Origin: a virus
Lineage: Duplodnaviria > Caudoviricetes
Length of the DNA stretch: 55,901 bases
IMG/VR virus record: IMGVR_UViG_3300045777_000097
Location: 1-55,901 of that record
Direction: 5' to 3' (one strand)
The translations under genes and the position numbers were made by a program. Under the pieces are notes generated by a model that did no database searches, had not been told where the DNA came from, and saw nothing but the letters and a program-made list of their open reading frames with translations. Positions 16,301 to 24,411 of the stretch are shown here, in pieces (within the stretch, counting starts at the first letter, position 1; the number at the start of each line of letters is the position of its first letter).

Positions 16301-17642
16301 CATGGATCGCCGTCAGATCCCATTGGTGGACGCTCGTCGCCGAATTGAGCGCAAACAGTGGCGTGCTTGGCGCGTTGATGGTCGTGTTCGTCATTGTGAA
16401 TATGGGGATGTCAGTGACAGTCGAGTCGCTGTAAAAGACGCCGCCCCCAGACGTGGCGAGGTCTTCGACGTGGCCGCCGATGACGTGATAATTCCCCGCG
16501 TCAAATGTCCCGGTCGTGTAGTTCTCCCACTCCCAGAAGTGCAGAGGCCCGGTCGCCGCGCCTGAATTGAATTGGACGGTGTTGAAAGTTACCGTGTTCG
16601 CCGCGCCCGCTCCTGCGGCGTTGGGGTTCTCAACACGGACATAGGTGTTGGCCGCATAGTCATACGCCGCGCCCTGACGGCCGCCGAACCAATAGAGTTC
16701 GGGCCAATTGACGACGTCGATATAGGCGTCCGAGCACCGCTCTGAGCTTGAATTCCAGACTTCGGCGTGGATGCCGCCGGCCGCGCCGCCGACGTGCGCG
16801 TAAAACTTGTAACAGATGCCGGCGTTGTCGCTGAGGACGTCTCGGATCGTGGCGGCGTAGCCGTAGACCATGACGTTGACGACGCTCGCCGCCGGCGTCG
16901 AGCCCGCGTGGCTGACCGTGCCATTGACGAGCTCGGTCGGCGCGTTGGCGTTGGAGACGCCGAGGCTGACGCAGGGCGAGACCCCGGCGTCGCAGACGAT
17001 CCCGCCGCCTGGGTCGGGCGAGACGCCGGTCTGCGGGTTGTAGCCGCCGAGATCGAGGGTCAGATAATAGGGAACGACAATCGTCGTCGAGGCGCGGCAG
17101 AGCTTTCCACGGGGGATCTTGACCAGGCCATGCCGCAGCACGCCGCTTTGCAGGGACGCCTTCTGAAGCGCGGCATTGATCGCTGCGGCGTCGTCTGTCA
17201 CGCCGTCGCAGACCGCGCCGAAGTCGGCTTCGACATCGAACACGGCGCCGAAGTTGGTGGTGCGGTCGGCGAGGGTGGCGGGCGTGATCGCCCCCGTCCC
17301 GATGACGGTTGCGCCGCCTGTGGTGCATGCGCCGCCCGCGTCGACCAGATTCCCGTAGACGTCGATCGAAACGCAATCCCCACTCCCGAGCACCCCCGCG
17401 GTCGTGGCGACGGCTGCCGCCCCCGGCCTCACCACAAGATCCTGCTTGGCCTTGAACAGAGACTCCCACGCGGCGTAGCCCGGAACGCAATGCGGGCCCC
17501 ACCCGGCCGTCGGCGGTGTCACCGGGCATACATCCGGGCCACTCTTCCCGAGGATGGTCTCCGGGTTGCTCTGCCCCAGCGCGAGGCCCGCCCAGGTGAT
17601 AAAGACGGAAAGGGCCAGAAGGCGTCGCATAGTTCTGGTCAT
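13347..17642 (-). CDS. Tailspike/depolymerase-like tandem beta-helix protein with predicted Sec signal peptide
   Basis: MRRLLALSVFITWAGLALG/QS; FDVEADFGAVCDGVTDDAAAINAAL (pectate-lyase-3-like start); second entry LSCNGALTGSTDIATALNA; C-terminal GARAFVHD...W.WG fibre-type end. Confidence 0.8.
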   Translation of the reverse strand: MTRTMRRLLALSVFITWAGLALGQSNPETILGKSGPDVCPVTPPTAGWGPHCVPGYAAWESLFKAKQDLVVRPGAAAVATTAGVLGSGDCVSIDVYGNLVDAGGACTTGGATVIGTGAITPATLADRTTNFGAVFDVEADFGAVCDGVTDDAAAINAALQKASLQSGVLRHGLVKIPRGKLCRASTTIVVPYYLTLDLGGYNPQTGVSPDPGGGIVCDAGVSPCVSLGVSNANAPTELVNGTVSHAGSTPAASVVNVMVYGYAATIRDVLSDNAGICYKFYAHVGGAAGGIHAEVWNSSSERCSDAYIDVVNWPELYWFGGRQGAAYDYAANTYVRVENPNAAGAGAANTVTFNTVQFNSGAATGPLHFWEWENYTTGTFDAGNYHVIGGHVEDLATSGGGVFYSDSTVTDIPIFTMTNTTINAPSTPLFALNSATSVHQWDLTAIHAETAASTLAPASGGTISQFKITGGLFLNPLTLTSNDSSVNARASVVGTDFASGPLTVSGTWAQFDATGITGSCPVNNISGSTPGVFDNDNCGRNTLSIAPGSGDAKVYMTPASGTNAASIYFRGDTTTSHYNWQLASSGGYGTGSHMSFLDGYNAFTAALTLNEGGNITLGETAANTLTVNGGLALAGGPVKYSNLSCNGALTGSTDIATALNADLAAFATSSGGAGTYYLSAPTGCLAASAQIVVPSGITLACAQNLQAIQPFQVSAYGTRACELGGSTTASAAVVLRPSAAIQLEVINPNLSPSLLTGTTRQQLQQLALFAGTGVLAPADSVPAVGGQNAQIINTSILGFAQCADFETIHPSMQHVRGDCTNGATFEYVHDVGSIHDVQFEPYLTQNSTNQTTTYSISGIQNGGSNAVQVILPSGSDVQVGDVVFVSGTGGRPDLVDRWTISAVSSCSGSVCATLSGAHYGAFTATGNTIGVGDTTGARYFLTGLVGLPGRACSTTAACYTVTDSASSLPGGTSISWFDATSGSAQINAQALTTQTGDTFTLTPGTYTSGGTLQVTSLLRHGTAFNFGGVGDDQLLYLSDVFVLYYDVAFHMGNQSTWITVNNCGVDFPFFTDWESVAIKIDGYSFGHIFSNCTIQALGVGISSNSTYVNAADAVLMMRGSNWIGAAKLGEFYQGIHNLDAGWVAAGPVLVSNYGANFTNSATITSGVTTSFTLPSTPPAWATALSNGVSVRDTTTGLVVGTSASVVGTTVTLKSTAASTVAIGDVLNLYSTTTVNNAGQIPYVGIEYAGVQSFGAINTLTTGRFTSLGIGPNEDSPVNPVEINTGGGDTAVGLSVTGVNPISGNSDAQMQISPTGIIMHRHPGGSATMSVGTSATSWGSGIAAGQTCWSPQGVYGECWYADGLVYPSKQLSIATLLAISCTSAVRGARAFVHDTLANAAPAWNGTVTAGGSTTVNNWAHCDDSTSAWRWGN

Positions 17643-17673
17643 TGTCAGGTCCCGGGGTTAGGTCGCGCTACCT

Positions 17674-19275
17674 TTAAGGATAGGTATAGGCGCCGGCAGG
17701 CGGCGACGTCGTGCTGAAGGCGTTGCCGGCATAATCGGTCAACGGCATCGTTATATTAGGGAACTGAGCCGTAAGTGCAGAAAGTTCCGCGCTTGATGTC
17801 TCGCCGAGACCAATCGCGGGAGAGCCAGAGGTCAGGTGGAAGTCAAACGGCCCGTTCGATCGGCTCTGCGTCGTGAACCCGAGCGGCGGGTCATTTGGCG
17901 ATAGCACATTGTCGCCGAAATATGTTCCTGCTACCTCAGTGATGACAGCAGATGTGCCATTCCAATACCAAAAATTGTTTGTAACCATGTTGGCGTTAAC
18001 ACGCGACCCTGCGGGAATTTGTTGTGAGCCCATGTTTGCTTGGGCTGTGGGCGAGATGTTGTCGACGAAAACGATGTGATCGCCATAGCCATACTCGGTC
18101 GACGTGAACCCATTCGCCTGCAACGATCCGGCAGTCGTACAGGCTCCGTTCAGCGTCGACCCGTCCCAGACAACCGTGTTGTGGGCAAAAAGCGCGTAGT
18201 GAGCCCCGCCCCAGGACAGGCCCCAACATGCGGTTGTTACCACAACGTTGTCGAGTATTCTGACGTCTGTCCACCCGGAATTGAAAGCGTCGATGCCCTG
18301 GGCCGCGGTTGCAAATAGGTCAGTTGGATCGTTGGACCGCTGACACCAATTCCGCTGAATCAGAATATCGACATATTGCCCGTCCTGACCATGGCCGCCG
18401 CCGGCCGACCCCCATCCCTGTATACAGTCCGGGTGGTTCCCATCGACGAGAATTTGATCGTGCATAAAGTTGCCCGAAATCAAATAGTGGTCGCCGCCAA
18501 AGTCAATTGCGTCATCAATCGTGTAGCTGATGGTGTTGTCAGCAATCAGATTATTTGAGGCAAAGATATTCGCGCCATAGGTTACATTGTGAATCGTGTT
18601 GTGCGACACGGATATGCAACGGGAGACGTTATCGGTCTTTACGCCTCCGCTGGTTACGTACGTGGTCCAATTCGCGGCGGTGTACGAAGTTCGTGCCGCG
18701 TCTTCGACTACGGCAACGTTGTTGTTGTCGAAGACGATGTCCGTGCTGCTGCTGGCGTACATCAGCGCGCCACCATAAGACCCCGTCCCTCGGAGAGTAA
18801 GACCCGAAATCCGGATTCGGTTGATGTTCGAGGTATTGGCCCCATTCAACACCGGCGTCTGTCCGGGGGCCGCCGCGATTGTCAATCCCTTCGACAGGGT
18901 GATAGGCGGATAGGGGGTCAGGCTCAGGGCAGTATTATAGGTTCCGGAGTTTAGGAGCACCTCGTCGCCATCGTGGATCTGGCCCGAGCTCCCCGGATAG
19001 AACGCGAGACGAGGGCCGCCCCATGCGCCAGAGGTCGTCAACGACTGGACGGTTTGCCACGGATGCGCCGCTGTGCCGCCGCCGGCGGCGATGCTGGTCA
19101 GGTCCGAGCCGTTGACGGGGTCGATGTACCAGACGTTGCCATACGTCGTCGGAACGACCGTGCAGCCGGGATAGATTTCCGGGCCGCCGACCTGCGTCCC
19201 GGTCCCATGGATCGTGCGAGCAGGCGCCGCCAGCGGGAGGAGCGCCGACAGGAGGATAGCGACAAGGATTCTCAT
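17674..19275 (-). CDS. Right-handed beta-helix protein (lyase/depolymerase-like) with predicted Sec signal peptide
   Basis: MRILVAILLSALLPLAAPA/R; WYIDPVNGSD...GTAAHPWQT; GDEVLLNSGTY; HPDCIQ; C-terminal DFHLTSGSPAIG...DYAGN...GAY. Confidence 0.8.
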   Translation of the reverse strand: MRILVAILLSALLPLAAPARTIHGTGTQVGGPEIYPGCTVVPTTYGNVWYIDPVNGSDLTSIAAGGGTAAHPWQTVQSLTTSGAWGGPRLAFYPGSSGQIHDGDEVLLNSGTYNTALSLTPYPPITLSKGLTIAAAPGQTPVLNGANTSNINRIRISGLTLRGTGSYGGALMYASSSTDIVFDNNNVAVVEDAARTSYTAANWTTYVTSGGVKTDNVSRCISVSHNTIHNVTYGANIFASNNLIADNTISYTIDDAIDFGGDHYLISGNFMHDQILVDGNHPDCIQGWGSAGGGHGQDGQYVDILIQRNWCQRSNDPTDLFATAAQGIDAFNSGWTDVRILDNVVVTTACWGLSWGGAHYALFAHNTVVWDGSTLNGACTTAGSLQANGFTSTEYGYGDHIVFVDNISPTAQANMGSQQIPAGSRVNANMVTNNFWYWNGTSAVITEVAGTYFGDNVLSPNDPPLGFTTQSRSNGPFDFHLTSGSPAIGLGETSSAELSALTAQFPNITMPLTDYAGNAFSTTSPPAGAYTYP

Positions 19276-19283
19276 GGGTCGCC

Positions 19284-20675
19284 CTATTGAAGAACTTGTC
19301 TCAGGATAGGCCGGCCGAACGTTGCCGTAAAAGCCGCGCCTGCAACTGTGTTGATGGTTATGGCCATCTGGAACAAGGTTGTCCCGGTTGGAACGACTGC
19401 GGGAGGCGTGCGCATTAGATATGTAGTGTTGGGGAGCCAGTAGGTCTGAGCCAAGGAATCTACCTGTTCGCCCCACAACGCAGCACCGCTTAACCCATAG
19501 TTCGGAAAGATCGAGAGCCAGATATTGCTCAAAGCCGCCACATTGGCCCCGAGTGTCATTGTAACAAGCGCCTCGACTTGCTGACCGACTAATGCTGCTG
19601 GACAACTTGGGATAGATTGGACCGCCCAGGTGTCCGCGCCGGTAGGCGTAGCACTCGCCGTGAATTGGTCGCCGCCGAGCGCGCCGTAGCCCTGCCCTGC
19701 GGTCGCGGGGATCTTGGCTAAGGTGAGCGTGTCCGATCCGGCCGATCGCGCCGCCGCCCAATAGCTCGGGAGTGCCCCCGTCGTTCCGGTTCCGATGCCG
19801 CCAGCAGTCCCTTGAAACTGCGTGGCGCCTGTCCCGAGCTGGCTCAGAAGGTTGCCGCCTGGGTTGTTGGTCGCGTCATAGAAGTCGAGCGTGCCATTTG
19901 TGATGATCGGCGCGGGTGGGACAAGACTGCCGAGCGTCGCCAAACATCGCTTTGCAATAGTGATGACCGCGAGCGAGGCGGGATGCAGACCGTCGGTGTC
20001 CCCCATGTTTGTGCCTGGTATCCCGGTCGTGCTGGTAGGGTCAGCAATATCGTCCCAGAAGTCGAAATAGATCACACCAGGCGTCTTCCGTGCCCAAGTC
20101 CCGATGATGTCGTTACCCCAGGCCGCATATTCGCCGCTCTGCGTGGTATAGGCGTTGCCACCCGTTCGGGGTATGAAAGGTGTACCGAGAAGCAAGACCT
20201 TGCCAGCGGCAGCACACAGGGCTTGGATCGCCTTAATATTGGCGAGCGACTGCGCCGGTGTTAGGCTGCTGACGGCATAATCGTTGTTCGCGCTCGCCCA
20301 CATCAGCAACCAATCGAACGTTGAGAAATAGGGCGCGACGTTCGCGTTGAAGTTGGCGAGAAGATACGCGGTCGTCTGGCCGGTCCATCCGGAAACCTGG
20401 GTTAGCGGCTGCGAAATCCGAAGCGCGCCCTGCGACATAGCCTCAAGCATGACGGAGAGCCCGCTACGGGTCGAGTTGTAGGTCGGGGAAGACGTACCGT
20501 TGCCTGTCATGTAGGCGTGGGTCGTGGCGGACTTGCCATATTCAAACAAGTTGGTCGGTCGGCTGGACGGGAACACCATCGGGGGCACAAACATCGAGTC
20601 CGAGAACGCTCGGGCCGGCAGAAGGAGACCGGCGGCGCCTGCACTCCGGAGCAGAGTTCTGCGATTGATATTCAT
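19284..20675 (-). CDS. SGNH/GDSL-like hydrolase with predicted Tat signal peptide
   Basis: MNINRRTLLRSAGAAGLLLPARAFS; block I YGKS, block III ANND, block V DGLHP. Confidence 0.75.
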   Translation of the reverse strand: MNINRRTLLRSAGAAGLLLPARAFSDSMFVPPMVFPSSRPTNLFEYGKSATTHAYMTGNGTSSPTYNSTRSGLSVMLEAMSQGALRISQPLTQVSGWTGQTTAYLLANFNANVAPYFSTFDWLLMWASANNDYAVSSLTPAQSLANIKAIQALCAAAGKVLLLGTPFIPRTGGNAYTTQSGEYAAWGNDIIGTWARKTPGVIYFDFWDDIADPTSTTGIPGTNMGDTDGLHPASLAVITIAKRCLATLGSLVPPAPIITNGTLDFYDATNNPGGNLLSQLGTGATQFQGTAGGIGTGTTGALPSYWAAARSAGSDTLTLAKIPATAGQGYGALGGDQFTASATPTGADTWAVQSIPSCPAALVGQQVEALVTMTLGANVAALSNIWLSIFPNYGLSGAALWGEQVDSLAQTYWLPNTTYLMRTPPAVVPTGTTLFQMAITINTVAGAAFTATFGRPILRQVLQ

Positions 20676-20676
20676 A

Positions 20677-22065
20677 TCAGTATGTCTCCGTAACGCTGAC
20701 AACGTCGGTCCCGGAAGCGGTGATCCCATAGATCGCAGCGGTTGTGTCGAGTGTCACCGAGGCGCCGGCGATCAAAACCTGTCCGGTCGCCGTCGTAACG
20801 CCAGATGCGCCGAAGTACACAACGGTTGAGCCGGAATTATAAAGCGTGACGGATACGCGCCCGATACCCGTTACGCCGGTTCTCGCCGCAACTATTGTCG
20901 CCGCACTCGTGCTGATTGAGGCTTGTGACGTGGCGATAGACGCAGGCCCGACAGGTTTACTGGAACCCCCAGCGACAGGAACGCCGGAGCACATTCCCGA
21001 TCCGCCACTGATGCTGAGGGTCGTCGTCCCCGCAGCCGTGATTGCTGAAAGGTAGGAAGACGACCCGACCCCATAGCACCATGTGAATCCTGGCTGGATC
21101 AGGTCGCCTGCCGTGGCGCTCGCCGTCACGGACGATGACCCGAACAAGGCCCAAGCAGCATTTGCGCCGGTGTTTGTGACCTCGACAGTCGCCCCCGCCG
21201 GCAGAGCAACCCTATTGCCGGACGATGTTGTGGCGGTCAGGCTCGCGAACGCCCCTCCCTGCACAAAGGCCGCGTCTGGGCTGTCCACCGCCGCGATGAC
21301 GCGCGTGGTCGCCGAGCTCGAAAAGCCGGCCGCTGTCGAGACGTTGACGCCTGCGATCTGCTCGTTGACGGAGCCGATGTTGTTCGTCCCGCCAGGGATG
21401 GCCGTGTTCGATGAACCTGCGATGGTCGACAAATAGGTGAGTTCGGTCGCCTGATTGGCCGCCGTCGCCGCCCCGCCGATGGTGCCGAGGTTCCAGGCCG
21501 CGCCGGTGGCAGGCTGGACATAGAGGCCATTGGCAGCGCCGACGACAGAACCACCCTGCACGGGCTGGTCGAACCAGGCCGACGAGGCCGAGCCCTGCGA
21601 GCCCTGCGTGACCGTCCCGCCGCACACGCCCATCGCCGCGCCGGGGATGGCGTTCAGGCCGATCGTCGCGCTGCCCGATCCGACGCTCGAGACCCGGAAC
21701 CGGACATTCGTCAGGCCAGACGTATCGACCTTGAAGGATTGGTCCGCCGTCATCGTCGTAAAGACGGTGGGCGACGGGCAGGTAAAGGGCACCCCCACGA
21801 TCGCAACCCACACCTTCGTCGAATCGCTGTCCCCCTTGGCGTCGCTCGAACCCTCGATCGTGAGGGTGGCGCCGGACGCGGTCAGCCCGGCGACGTTCAC
21901 CCCCATCACCGCCTCGTTCCTGCTGAGGTCGAAGACGAGGACGTTGTTCAGCGTGCCGGTGGCTAGGGGCTGCGCCGAGGTCCGCAGGTTGTCGTCGGCG
22001 ATGGCCGGGGATGCTGCGGCGAGGGCAAGGAAGGCCGCCAGGGCGGCGCGAGCGAAGGGGCGCAT
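20677..22065 (-). CDS. Multi-beta-sandwich protein with predicted Sec signal peptide
   Basis: MRPFARAALAAFLALAAASPAIA/DD; GGAG RBS; Thr/Ser/Gly-rich beta domains. Confidence 0.75.
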   Translation of the reverse strand: MRPFARAALAAFLALAAASPAIADDNLRTSAQPLATGTLNNVLVFDLSRNEAVMGVNVAGLTASGATLTIEGSSDAKGDSDSTKVWVAIVGVPFTCPSPTVFTTMTADQSFKVDTSGLTNVRFRVSSVGSGSATIGLNAIPGAAMGVCGGTVTQGSQGSASSAWFDQPVQGGSVVGAANGLYVQPATGAAWNLGTIGGAATAANQATELTYLSTIAGSSNTAIPGGTNNIGSVNEQIAGVNVSTAAGFSSSATTRVIAAVDSPDAAFVQGGAFASLTATTSSGNRVALPAGATVEVTNTGANAAWALFGSSSVTASATAGDLIQPGFTWCYGVGSSSYLSAITAAGTTTLSISGGSGMCSGVPVAGGSSKPVGPASIATSQASISTSAATIVAARTGVTGIGRVSVTLYNSGSTVVYFGASGVTTATGQVLIAGASVTLDTTAAIYGITASGTDVVSVTETY

Positions 22066-22104
22066 CGGGTGCTCCGAATTTGCGCCGCCGCGCTCTTGGC
22101 CCGG

Positions 22105-22133
22105 CTTATAGCCCATGCGCCGGGGCGCCTCAA
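22105..22133 (-). promoter_or_regulatory. Sigma70-like promoter ahead of the signal-peptide gene cluster
   Basis: TTGAGG-17 nt-TATAAG in the 76-bp gap. Confidence 0.5.
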
Positions 22134-22141
22134 GGATCGCC

Positions 22142-24346
22142 CTATCCGATGACGGTGATCGCCTCCGCGCTCGATGCGCAGTCCGTGAACTGCAGCTTGA
22201 ACGTTCTCGTCGTGGCGGACGCCATCTGGAATTGACTCGCGCCGCTTTCGTTGCCCCAGAACGATACGCCAGCGCCGGCCTGGATCGTGCAGACCCCGTT
22301 CGTCCCATTGATGATCGTCAAGTCCAGCGTCTTACCAAAGAAAGCATCCTCGACAGAGCCGACGATCAGAGCCGCCGTTGGCAAGGTCATAGTGAAGGAG
22401 CCCGGGGTTCCTCCAATGACGTAAAGGCCGCCGACAATCTTCGAGGCGGCTACGGTGTAGGAACCCGTAATATTGTCGTCCCCGGGGACAAGACGCCCTG
22501 GCAGCGCCGGCAAGCCATTCTGCCAGGTGTTTCCCACGCAATAGCTGTCGTAATCCACATTCCCCCAATAGATAGCTTTCGTCTGCGTACCATAGAACCG
22601 GCAATTACTGACGGTGACACGGTAGGAGCCCGGGTTCACCGCCACGCCATAGCGCCAATAGAGGGGATCGCCCCATGTCAGGAATTCGCTGTCGAAAATA
22701 TGGATGTCCTGAGACCCTGTGTCGATCCAGACGGCGTCCCACAGATTTGCCCCTGCCTTGCTCCCGGGCTCGAACAGGCAATCGGTGAACCGGACATCGC
22801 GCGCGCCCGAGATCGTGACGGCGCGCTCCCTGGTGTTGCCGATTCGGCACCCGGTGAACCGGATGTCGCTGGTGTACGACGCGCTCGTGTCGCCGGCGAT
22901 GTACACCGCCTCGGCGTCGCCGAAACCCTGCGCGCCCGGGAATGCCCCGGCCCCCGGCGTGGACGTGTTCTGCAGCCAACAGTTTGTGAAATAGAACTCC
23001 CGGCCGCCGTCAATCTGTAGCGCGCGCCACGCCATGCCGTCCATGACGAGGTTGAAAAAGACACCGAAGGACGGAACGTAGGCCGCCGACTCCGCAGTGT
23101 TCTTGATCCACAGGCCGATATGGCAGTCGAGGAACGTCACGTTGCAGACGTTGAGCGTCCCCGCGCTCCCGTCCCACCACATCCCGTCGGCCCCTCGATA
23201 CATGCAGTTGACGACGATGTTGTTGAGATTGAGCGCCGGGGCGTCTTGCGCCGTCGTCGACCCGTGCCAGTATATCGCCCAACTTCCGTTAACGCCCTGC
23301 ACAAGAACGGTATCCACGCTCGGGGTGTTCGTCTGGTAGAACTCGATCCCGTTCCATACGTTAGTGAAATTCACGTCGCGGATGATGGGAGACCAGAACG
23401 TGTTCTGCGCGAAGATGGCGCGACCGCCCGTCCGGCTACTGCAGTCGAATTTGAGGTTTTCGATCCGGACGCCGTTGGTCAGCGAAGACGGCGCCGCCGT
23501 TCCGATCGTCAGGCAGTCCCCGGTCCCGGCCCCGAAATAGAGAACCGAATTGGCGTTCGACGCCCCGACGAAGGACACCCCGCCGGGCGGCCCGATGAGG
23601 ATAGTCCCGAGGAACGTGTAGCTAAGGCTGCGGAACCCAAGTCGACCGCCGCCGAAGTGCTGCAGATAGACGATTGCGGCGTTTAGGGCGGCCGTGTTGT
23701 CGGAAGCGATCGAGAAGACGCCGAGGCTTTCGACTGGAACCAGCGGACCCAGCGCGAGTTGCCACCAGGCCCCATCTGCGGTCTGGACGTTCCCGGCGAG
23801 CGCGGGGGACGGGGGCGCCGGCAGCCTCGAATAGACGCCCTCGCCGCCGTCGCCGGCCGTCGCGTAGCCAAGGACCTTGACGCAGGATGTCGAGCTCAGG
23901 ATCGACGCCCCCGAGAAGGCCGCCCGGGAGCTCCACACCGCCTGCACCGTCGCCGCGGCGATCACCGCCTGCTCCTGCAGGCTGTTGATGAACGTGAGCG
24001 GCGTCACGCCGATCGTCGGGGCGTCCTGTTGGCATGAGAAGACCCATTGCCCATAGGCGGCCCCGTGGACGACGTAGACCTGCGTGCCGTTGTAGACGGC
24101 CGAGGAGTTGGTGAAGTCCTCCGCCCGGCACCAGGCGCCAGTCTGCGCGATGTAGATGCCGTTGGTCGTCTGGTCGGCGTTCTGCCAGACCAGCACCCGG
24201 TCCCCGGACTGCGTCTGGTAGCCGTCGACCACGGGCAGGCCGATCAGAGCGCCCGTCATGTCCGCGGCGGTGGCGACCTTGCAGGGGGCCTTGTAGGCGG
24301 CGGCGTCGTCCAGCCCACCGAGAACGTCAAGCGGATTCGTGCTCAT
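22142..24346 (-). CDS. Tail fibre/tailspike with virion-anchoring N-terminus and beta-helix; no signal peptide
   Basis: CKVAT...GLPVVDG...GDRVLVWQNADQTTNGIY...WCRAEDF N-terminal domain; GYATAGDGGEGVY; DNTAALNAAI followed by beta-helix repeats. Confidence 0.85.
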   Translation of the reverse strand: MSTNPLDVLGGLDDAAAYKAPCKVATAADMTGALIGLPVVDGYQTQSGDRVLVWQNADQTTNGIYIAQTGAWCRAEDFTNSSAVYNGTQVYVVHGAAYGQWVFSCQQDAPTIGVTPLTFINSLQEQAVIAAATVQAVWSSRAAFSGASILSSTSCVKVLGYATAGDGGEGVYSRLPAPPSPALAGNVQTADGAWWQLALGPLVPVESLGVFSIASDNTAALNAAIVYLQHFGGGRLGFRSLSYTFLGTILIGPPGGVSFVGASNANSVLYFGAGTGDCLTIGTAAPSSLTNGVRIENLKFDCSSRTGGRAIFAQNTFWSPIIRDVNFTNVWNGIEFYQTNTPSVDTVLVQGVNGSWAIYWHGSTTAQDAPALNLNNIVVNCMYRGADGMWWDGSAGTLNVCNVTFLDCHIGLWIKNTAESAAYVPSFGVFFNLVMDGMAWRALQIDGGREFYFTNCWLQNTSTPGAGAFPGAQGFGDAEAVYIAGDTSASYTSDIRFTGCRIGNTRERAVTISGARDVRFTDCLFEPGSKAGANLWDAVWIDTGSQDIHIFDSEFLTWGDPLYWRYGVAVNPGSYRVTVSNCRFYGTQTKAIYWGNVDYDSYCVGNTWQNGLPALPGRLVPGDDNITGSYTVAASKIVGGLYVIGGTPGSFTMTLPTAALIVGSVEDAFFGKTLDLTIINGTNGVCTIQAGAGVSFWGNESGASQFQMASATTRTFKLQFTDCASSAEAITVIG

Positions 24347-24411
24347 GGTTCCGTGCCCCGGGACCAGAGAATGCCGCCGGGGTCAGCGTTTACCAGAGGG
24401 CCATGGTCAAG

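Noticed and set aside
19276-22308. Track N-terminal extensions of ORFs 17674..19761, 19284..20729 and 20677..22308
   Set aside because: They overlap upstream genes and read as junk; downstream ATGs at 19275, 20675 and 22065 fit the operon spacing and expose signal peptides
13347-24346. Diversity-generating retroelement, considered because the virion module is BPP-1-like
   Set aside because: No reverse transcriptase and no adenine-variable TR/VR repeat pair seen; it could lie outside the window
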